Shown here one piece after another: positions 16,102 to 25,200 of a stretch of DNA of 64,000 nt. The stretch lies in sequence record PV611675.1; one strand, 5' to 3'. The notes under the pieces were generated by a model, which worked only from the letters and a program-made list of their open reading frames with translations, searched no databases and was not told the origin of the DNA. Each line of letters starts with the position of its first letter. The first letter of the stretch is position 1. The position numbers and the translations under genes were made by a program. The stretch is from Acinetobacter phage vB_AbaM_14/CRR8.

Positions 16102-17450
16102 TGGATTTTTTACAATTCGCACAGTTACTCTTTGATAATCAACTACTTGCAAGTGAAGGTACAGTTCGTGATGTACTAACTAAGTATCAACATGCTATGG
16201 CTCATGGCCCTGAGTATGTTGGATTAGTTAAACGTGAGTCTCTTAACACTATGTTAAATACTGAAGTGTTTAAGGGTTCTGATGGTACACGTATCGGTAT
16301 CCTTCCTGTCAAGGGAGCATTGGTTTATGAAGAGACACAATGGGAAGCAATTTGTGGCATGACCTCTTATGAAGGTTTAGTCGCAAGAGCTGAAAAGATG
16401 ATTCTCGAATTGGGAGCTGAGCACATCATTTTGGAGTTGAACTCTGGTGGTGGTATGGCCTATGGCTGTTTTGAATCAGCTCAACATGTAAGAAATTTAG
16501 CAGATAAACATGATGTCAAGATCACAGCTTATGTGGACGGAGTTGCCTTTTCTGGTGGCTACGCTTGGTGTTGTATTGCTGATGAAGTCGTCGTAAACCC
16601 AATGGGTAAAGTAGGTTCAATCGGTGTTGTTCTACCTCTCGTGAATACTTCCGAGATGGATAAGAAAGAAGGTATTGAGCGAATCTACATCACAGCTGGT
16701 AAGAGTAAAGTACCTTTCGACAAGGATGGTAAGTTCACTAAGGAAGCTATTAGCGATATCCAAGCTAGTGTAAACGAGACTTATGCTATGTTCGTTGATC
16801 ATGTCGCTGATATGAGAAAGATGAACCGTGACGATGTTATAGACACTGAAGCTAAGACATTTGGAACGAAGGAAGCTTTGAAGTTAGGTCTGATTGACCA
16901 AGTAATGACTAAAGAGCAATTTTATGAACATTTAGGAAATTTTAATGGAGACTCAAATATGAGTATTAAAGTAGAAGGCGAAAAAGTTAAGGTTGAAGGT
17001 GAATCATCTGTACATACAGCTCTGGTTGGTCAGATCAATGATCTTAAAGATCAAGTTACAGGCTTTCAAGGTCAGATCACAACTTTGACGGCAGATAAGG
17101 CCAAGTTAACTACAGATTTAGGTGTAGCTCAAGCTCGAATTACTGAATTAGAAAGTCAATTAGCCTCAGCCAATAAGTCAGCTGAAGAGGCTGTTCTAAA
17201 ATCTCGTCAAGCTCGAATCTCAGCGTTTGTTTCTGATGAAGCTGTGCAAGAACATATGGACTTCGTTGAAGGATTTAGTGATGAGAAATTCGACAAATAC
17301 GTAAGCCGTCTTGAGAAAGAGCAAGAGAAAGTTGAGAAGACTTTTGAAGAACAGGGACAAGGTGCGGATGCTGGTGATAAGCCAGATGAAGTTATCTCAG
17401 TTCAAGAGCGTATGGTAACACGTATGCGTGAACGTAACAAAACTAAGTAA
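16101..17450 (+). CDS. prohead serine protease (S49/ClpP-like) fused to coiled-coil scaffolding domain (449 aa)
   Basis: motif LELNSGGGMAYG...AFSGGYAWCCIADE resembles SppA/ClpP-family proteases; C-terminal half is heptad-rich. Confidence 0.65.
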   Translation: MDFLQFAQLLFDNQLLASEGTVRDVLTKYQHAMAHGPEYVGLVKRESLNTMLNTEVFKGSDGTRIGILPVKGALVYEETQWEAICGMTSYEGLVARAEKMILELGAEHIILELNSGGGMAYGCFESAQHVRNLADKHDVKITAYVDGVAFSGGYAWCCIADEVVVNPMGKVGSIGVVLPLVNTSEMDKKEGIERIYITAGKSKVPFDKDGKFTKEAISDIQASVNETYAMFVDHVADMRKMNRDDVIDTEAKTFGTKEALKLGLIDQVMTKEQFYEHLGNFNGDSNMSIKVEGEKVKVEGESSVHTALVGQINDLKDQVTGFQGQITTLTADKAKLTTDLGVAQARITELESQLASANKSAEEAVLKSRQARISAFVSDEAVQEHMDFVEGFSDEKFDKYVSRLEKEQEKVEKTFEEQGQGADAGDKPDEVISVQERMVTRMRERNKTK

Positions 17451-17503
17451 TATTTAATTAATTTAAATATTTAATTTTCTTAATCACATATAAGGATTTA
17501 CTC

Positions 17504-17995
17504 ATGGAAAACTTACAACTTCAAAAATACTTCCCAACATACGGTGATGTATTCCAAGATGAACATGGCGTTGTGACAGGTTACACACGTAAAACAGTTA
17601 AGGTAACTGGTACTGCTGGTCAACAATTACTTATTGGTGACTTTATTGTATTAGATTCACCAACGGCTGAGACTGGTACGATTCCTGCTGACATTGCAGC
17701 TATTAAGGAAGCCCCTACACTAGCCATTTATGCTGGTAATGAAGCTTATCAAAACATGAATACAGACAACCCAAGTTACAACCATAACGTTACTGATTTC
17801 GTTGAAGGACGTTTGGAACAGGAAGTTGTTGTTGTTTATCGTGGTATGACAAACGTTGCTGGTGGTAGCGTTAAGGGTACTACAAAGTGGTTCACAGGTC
17901 TTAAATTCCCTGCTGGAACTACAAAAGCTGATATTAAAGCTGTACATAACAAGCTTGAACTTCAAGGCATTCACATTTTACGTCAAGTACCTTAA
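17504..17995 (+). CDS. putative head decoration or stabilisation protein (163 aa)
   Basis: sits between the protease-scaffold and major capsid genes; Gly/Thr-rich beta-type composition. Confidence 0.35.
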   Translation: MENLQLQKYFPTYGDVFQDEHGVVTGYTRKTVKVTGTAGQQLLIGDFIVLDSPTAETGTIPADIAAIKEAPTLAIYAGNEAYQNMNTDNPSYNHNVTDFVEGRLEQEVVVVYRGMTNVAGGSVKGTTKWFTGLKFPAGTTKADIKAVHNKLELQGIHILRQVP

Positions 17996-18053
17996 TCGGT
18001 ACTTCGACTAAATAGAATTTGATTAATTATTTTAAATAAAGGAATTTTAAACT

Positions 18054-19151
18054 ATGGCTAGAGATATCATCAACCCTAAAGACACCACAGCGATCATCCA
18101 ATTAAATGACGTTATCGAAGAAATTCAAACTGGTGTCGGCTTCATCATGAACTCTGGGTTGTTTACCGAGGAACTGACTAGACGAGACACAATCGTTGAA
18201 GAGATCAAGAAACAAGATAAGCGCGGTATGCTTGGTTTAACGAGTCGTCGTGAACGAAATAAAGTTAAACAGACAAGACGTAAAACAGAGCAATGGTCAA
18301 TCCAAATCCCATACCAAGAAACAATCGAAGACGTGACTAAAGAGGACGTTTTCCAAGTTGCTAAGTCATGGGAAGATGCGACTGAAGAGCAAATCATGGA
18401 TGTTTATGAGCGTAAGCTTATTCCTATGAAAGAGTCGATTGAAAATGCTCGTGAGTATTTATATTGGACTGCTGCTCAAGGTGTTACACGTGATCCACGT
18501 GACGGTTCTGTTGTTCTTGACATGTTTGCTAAGACAGGCATCCAACGTAAGGTTATCGATGTTGACTTAACTGACATGACAATCAACTTGTTAACTTGGA
18601 TGGGTGAGTTCCGTAACCGTGTAACTCGTGACAACAAACGTGGTGGTACACAAGGTGTTATCGAAATCTTCGTTACACAAGAAGTATTCACTAAGTTCGT
18701 ACAGCATCCATCTGTGTTCGCTGCATACCAAATGGCTTACCAAGGCCGTGGTAAAGAGTACATCGACAATGTTGTTCGCCCATTTGGTACATTGAATCGT
18801 GGCCCATACGGTGACGTTTCTGAGTTCCAACATGACAACGTTCGTTTGATCGTAGCTCCACAAACATTCATTCTTGAAGATAGCGATATCTATGATGATG
18901 GTACTGTTGAGGAAGTTGATGCTGTTGAAGCTGGTACAGGTTTCGCAGTAGTACGTGGTGTACGTGATGCATTCCGTGCTTACTTCTCACAAAGCAACGA
19001 CATGATTGATGGTGGTGCATTAGCTAAGACATATGCTTGGCGTTCAGAGATCAAAGACAATGCGTTCTTTGAAATGACTGCAAGTTCAGCTCCTATTGCA
19101 TATACAACTGCTCCAGAGCTTTGCTACCAGTTCAAGTTCAAAACTGCTTAA
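18054..19151 (+). CDS. major capsid protein (365 aa, HK97-fold size)
   Basis: position after the protease-scaffold; size; followed by a strong terminator typical of highly expressed capsid genes. Confidence 0.75.
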   Translation: MARDIINPKDTTAIIQLNDVIEEIQTGVGFIMNSGLFTEELTRRDTIVEEIKKQDKRGMLGLTSRRERNKVKQTRRKTEQWSIQIPYQETIEDVTKEDVFQVAKSWEDATEEQIMDVYERKLIPMKESIENAREYLYWTAAQGVTRDPRDGSVVLDMFAKTGIQRKVIDVDLTDMTINLLTWMGEFRNRVTRDNKRGGTQGVIEIFVTQEVFTKFVQHPSVFAAYQMAYQGRGKEYIDNVVRPFGTLNRGPYGDVSEFQHDNVRLIVAPQTFILEDSDIYDDGTVEEVDAVEAGTGFAVVRGVRDAFRAYFSQSNDMIDGGALAKTYAWRSEIKDNAFFEMTASSAPIAYTTAPELCYQFKFKTA

Positions 19152-19172
19152 TCTTTGATTGAGTAATCCTGT

Positions 19173-19203
19173 GAGGGGCCGTTTTGGTCCCTCCTATTTG
19201 TTT
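19173..19203 (+). terminator. rho-independent terminator
   Basis: gaggggcc-gtttt-ggtccctc hairpin followed by a T-rich run. Confidence 0.65.
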
Positions 19204-19219
19204 GGAGTTTTTAATAACT

Positions 19220-22200
19220 ATGGATAATTTAGACAATGGCTTAGAGTTACTATCAGGTAAATTAGTAGTTTTATTTTTGACTTACGCTTTAGCTCTTGAG
19301 GCTTGTGCTAATTTCCCTGCTGGGACCAGATTAAAAGTTACAAATGATCCTAACCCAGACTTAAATGGTGAGTACACTTGGGATGGGAAAAAGTTAGTAA
19401 AAACTACAAATAACACACTTGAGAAAGCTAAGGATGAGGCTGAGAAACTTGTTGATGACAAACTTGAAACAGTACTTACTCCAGATAAGATTCTCGACAT
19501 CATTTCTGGTCAAATCACTGAAGGTGATTTAGATACACATCTTAGACAACGCATTGATAAAATTGAAAGTGTTGGCCCTATCATTGACGAATTGCAAAGA
19601 GAAGCTGATAAAGTTAAGAAAGACCTTGACGAACAGTTATTCTTTTTGGAAGTTGATTACAACAACCTTAAGAAGTATGTAACTGAATTAGAGCTTGAGG
19701 TTAACATAGACTTCGCTGGTGTTAAGGATCAAATCCAACAGCTTCGTGATCAAGTTGCTGCTGACATGGCAGCTGCTCAAAAACGTATTGATGAGATTCA
19801 AGCTGAGATTGATACTAAATGGCAAGAAGTAGATCAAATCCAGTTAGACTTACAGAAAGAAATCAATGATCGTATTGACGCTGTAAGGGCTGAGACAGAA
19901 GCACGTGTTGCTGAGATTAGAAAGCTGAATGATGGATTGACTCAAGAGATTATCGACCGTAAAGATGGTGATCAGAAACTTTATGAAAATATAGAAAACT
20001 ATAAAGTTTCAAATGAACAATCCCTTGCAAACATTCGTGAAGAGGTAAAAGTTGCTGTTGATACAGCCAATGCTTCTGCTGAAAAAGTTGACGCATTAGA
20101 TGCTCGTGTCAAGGTTGCTGAAGATAACTCAGGTAAAGCTTTAGAAAACTCCGCTGCTGCTGTTAGCAAGGCTCAAGCTGCTGCTGACTTAGCTGGTGCT
20201 ACAGCCACCCGTGTTGATTCATTAGAAGCGGATGTAGTTAAAGCTGTAGATGATTCTGGTACAGCTATTAAGAACTCTGCTACAGCTTTGCAACAATCAC
20301 AAGCTGCTGTAGATAAGGCCAATGCTGTCGCTGAGAGTGTAAACATCGTAGAGGCAAAGTTAAACACAAAGAACTCTACATATCGACAAGATACAGCTCC
20401 AACTAAAGCTGACACTCCTAACTTAACTGCTGGTGATATTTGGATTAACCCTTCAAATAAGAATGAGCAGAAACGTTGGAATGGTGTAGCTTGGGTTGAT
20501 ATCTCAGACATGCGTATCGGTGATAATGCTTCAGCTATCGAGAAATTAACAGCCACTGTAAGTGATCAAGGTGGACAAATCAAGGCTAATGCTGACAAGA
20601 TTACCAACCTTGAGACTACTATTGGCGACATGGCTACATCTGATGCTTTAGAAGCTTTACGCACTGAAGTTAAGAAAAACACTGATGGTATTTCTGGTAA
20701 TGCTGAGAAAATCACAGCCCTTGAAACTACTGTAGGTAAGAACCAAGAAGCCAACTCAAAAGCTTTACAAGATTTAAACACTCGTGTTGATAAAACAGAC
20801 GAGAAGGTTGCATCTAATGCTTCGGCTATCACTTCATTAAACTCAACAGTGAATGCTTCACTTAGTGCTGTAAATATTACAGCTGACCTTGACTTAGATC
20901 ATGATGTGACATATTTCAGAAAGTTTGGTGAAATTGATAAAGTATCTGCTGACGAAGGTACAACCCAAAGAGTTATCCGTGTTGGTAACAATGCTGGTAA
21001 TGATGTTCTATGGATGCACCCAAATACATTCATGCCTTTTGACCCTGATGTTATGTATAAGGTCAGAGCAAAAGTTAGAAGAAACTCAGGTACAGGCACA
21101 ATTTATATTGGTGTCGCTGCCAAAAACGCTGTTAAAACAAAGTATGTAACAACTACAAACACTTTGGCAGATGACATGGGTTCTTCACATTATTTCTTAA
21201 CTGGTAGTACTGTTTCAACTACTCCAGTTGGTCAATGGGTTGAATTAGAGTGGTATATTAAAGGTAGATCAACTGGTTCATCTTTACTGCCACCTACATA
21301 CGGTGTTATTGATAAGCCGATTCAGTTAGCTAAATATGTTGGTTATATAACACCAATGTTTATTGCCAATTATGGTGATGCAGCTGGTCAGGTGGATGTT
21401 GCTTATGTAGTCCTTGAAACGGCTGAAGCATACAAAATGATCTCGGCTAATGCTAACGCATTAACATCTCTTAAAACAGATGTGCAGAAGAATGCTGATG
21501 GTATTAAAGCTGTAGGTGAAGCTGTGACGAATGTTGAGTCTTCTATTACAAATATGGACATTGGTGGTCAAAACCTTTGGAGTATTTGGAATAAGACACT
21601 GACACAACCTGTTACTGGTGGTCCTTATATCAAAGTCGATTGGCTTGAGGGTCAAGAGAATGATGAGTGGTATAGAGCTACAATCATCAAGGATATGGCC
21701 AATTACCAACATTACTTCATAAATGTCTTAGTTGACCAAAGGTATCCAATTGTTATTGGTGAGGAATATACTGTCACCTTTGAGATGAGGGCATCTAAGA
21801 TTGCTAAAATTTATCAAGTTTTGGCTTATTTTGGTGCTTTGTCAACTGTGGTTGATAACCAACAGTCTACCACAACAGATTGGAAGACATACACATTCAC
21901 AGCTAAAGCTAATGGAACTAACACCGCTGGGTCATATCAACTATTTGGTTTCACTCTTCTTAAATCTGAAGGTTGGAACTTGAATGATTGGTATGAAGTA
22001 AGAAGAGTTCAGTTACAGAAAGGTAATAAAGCGACACGTTACCAAAAAGCTCAAGCTGGTTTATTGGCTGGTATCAAAGCTAACTCACAAGCATTTAGTA
22101 CACTGAATGCAACTGTTCAAGAGCATGCAGATACTATTTCCTCACAAGGTCAAGCTATTACAGGGCTTGAGTCTAAAGTGAATGGTATTGATGGTGAAGT

Positions 22201-25200
22201 TAAGGCTAATGCTAAAGCTGTCGATGAGTTGAAGACTACTGTCATTGAACAAGGTGACGAGATTCGATCTCAAGGTCAAGCTATCACATCTTTGGATAAT
22301 ACAGTTAAGATTTCAGCTAAGGCTGGAACCAACTTACTTATCAACTCGAATGTTGTTGGTACTTATGATGGTGTGGGATACCCTCACGTCGTCTACAATC
22401 TTGGAGAAGATTTTGAAGTAGGTGTGCAGTACTCATTAATTTGGTGTGCTGAACATAAGAGAGGTACAGGAGATACAAACTCATCACTTGCTGTATATGC
22501 TGGTGGTGGTTCTCAAAGCCTTCAATCTTTGGTGAACACAAATGGTAAAGTAATTAACAGAATCACTTTTGTTAAGAGTTCTGCTAACTTGTCACCTAAG
22601 AACTTGAACTTCTACATGATCAATAGGCCACCAGCTAGTGCTGGCTCTGTAGGTACAGTTTATTGGGCTGTTTTGGTTAAAGGACCTTCTGTTTTAACAG
22701 ACGTTTGGATTCCAAGCCCTTATGATTACATCCCACAAGCAACGGCTAATGCGAATGCTATTACAGGGCTACAAACTGATGTAAAAGCGAATGAAGATAG
22801 TATCAAGATTCAGGCTGAGCAGCTTACTGGTGTTAAAGCAACTTTAGGTGCTCATGATACAGATAGTTTGGCATTAGACTATAACACAGCCACTCCTTCG
22901 GTATGGGAGAGTTATTACAGTTATGATATGAAGCAGTACTTCAAAACTACTACTTCAGGGAAAATTGGTCCTAACGTATTTAGGAAGGATACAACAAACC
23001 CAGCAAACTGCTTTAACTTCAACCTATCGAAAATCCCTAACAATAGACCTTACAAGGTATCGTTCTGGGCAAGGAGGAGTGCTGATTCTACAGGAAGATT
23101 TGAAATTCCTGTTAGATATGTTAGAGCTGATGGTTCTGTAAGTAACGTTGGTGGTGGTTATGGAGCTTACCCAATTACTCCAGCAATTCCAAACAATGAA
23201 GTTTGGACATTTGTTGAGAGGGTAATTGACGCTTCTAAAGTAGCTGATGCTCCACAGATTCAGTTCGGTATTGCTCTTGGTCATACTGGTACTTCTGGTT
23301 GGTCAGAGATGCAAGGTTACAAAGTTTCTCCTGTATTAAATGCTGGGGATATGGATGCAACTGTTGCTACAGCTGAAGGACTCCAAAACCTTAAGACTAC
23401 GGTTGATAAGAATGGAGCGGACATCAAAGCACAAGGTCTTGCCATCACTGGACTTGAAGCTAAAGTGAATGATATTGACAAGGCTGTCGGTGGTCAAGCT
23501 ACTGCTATTGATGAGTTGAAGACTTCTGTTAAAACTCAAGGTGATACCATTGCAGCACAAGGTCAGTCAATCACAAAAGTTGAGGCTGGCTTAAAGGTTG
23601 CCACTAAGGGAATCACGATGTCAGCATCAATTGATGTCGAGCCAGACTCAGAGTGGATTTATGTGACTAAATCTGGTGAAGTTGCTAGGGCCAATGACCA
23701 ATCTGCTTTAGGTGGAAAGGTTTATAGGCTTGGTAACAATGCTGGGAATGACCATGTGAATATGCGTTCTGTAGCTAAGATACCTTTCAACCCTCAAAGA
23801 TTCTATACTGTGAAGTTGAGATATCGAAGAGTACAAGGTACGGGTACAGTATATGCATCTGTGCTTACAATAGCTGCTGATGGTGTTTCTCATGTTAAAC
23901 CTGATAACAGTATCTCAACAGATTTTGGTGGTAGTAACTACTTCGTAATCAATCAATCTGCATCTTTAGGTGTTTGGCAAGAGGTTGTTGTTTATGTTAA
24001 AGGTAGGTCTACTGGTGCTGCTGTTGGTTCATGGACTATGGATTCCCCTCGTCAAGTTCCAGCTAATACAGCGTTCTTAAGCTTACAATTTCTAGGTAAC
24101 TATTCAAATGCTGCTGGTATTGTTGACTTAGACTACATCCTGATTGAAGAATCGGATGCAACTTTAGAAAACAATGTAACTGCCAAAGCGGTATCAGCAT
24201 TGACGACTGAAGTTGAAAAGGTTGATGGCAAGGTAACTGCTCAAGCTACTGATATCTCAAACCTGAAGGTTTCTGTCAACAACATTGAGAAAGGTAAAGC
24301 TGACGTATCTGCACTTGATGCCTTGAAGGTTGATGTTAAAAGTAATACTGACAACATTAAAATCCAAGCTGAAAAAGTTACAGGTCTTGAGTCTAACCTT
24401 GATGGTGTTAGGTTATCTACTGGACAGAACTTGATATGGAATGGTGATTTTACATCAACTCCAAATGGTTTGGAGAATTGGGGTCAAAACGGTAACGTTG
24501 CAGGTTTTCAGTTATACAACTGGGCTGCGAGAGGTACTAAATGGGCTAGATATGTTAGCTCTGACACCACTACAGCATATAAAGGCTTCAGACAGGTTGT
24601 ACCTATTTCACGAGGGTTAAAGCCGAACATGGATTACACCCTTAGCTGGGATGCTCATGGTAACTACCGAGATTTCAATGGTAAGACTATGGCAATCATT
24701 ATCCATAGACAAGGTACATCATCTGGAACGAATCAAGTTGGCAGTTCTGGCTATGCTACACCAGCTGGAATCCAGAGACATTCGTACACATTTGATACAA
24801 ATGGGATTACAGACCTTAGTTACTTGAATATTATCTTCTACGTACCTCTAGGTTTTGCACCAGATTTCTTCGTTACTAACGTCCAACTGGAGGAAGGTAA
24901 AGTCGGAACTGGTTTTAAGAAATCTAACTCTGAGATGTTGAGTGGTATTAGTGCAAATGCCCAAGCTGTAAGTCAGTTAAAAACTTTGACTGAGACACAA
25001 GGTAATACTATTACTTCACAAGGTCAATCTATCACGGATATTAAAGTTCGTATAAATGACATGGAGAAGGATAACTTACTCAACCCATTTACAGATGTTT
25101 CAGGTGGAGGAGCTAATTACCTTCAGGTTTCTATACCTCTTAAAAAACCTATCGTCATCAAAACTGATGAGAAATATACAGTAAGAGGTAAGTTATCTTT

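Noticed and set aside
18125-18863. Minus-strand ORFs (18125-18397, 18476-18691, 18591-18863) inside the major capsid gene
   Set aside because: They sit entirely within a well-supported plus-strand structural gene, have no RBS and are low-complexity antisense translations, so they are shadow ORFs
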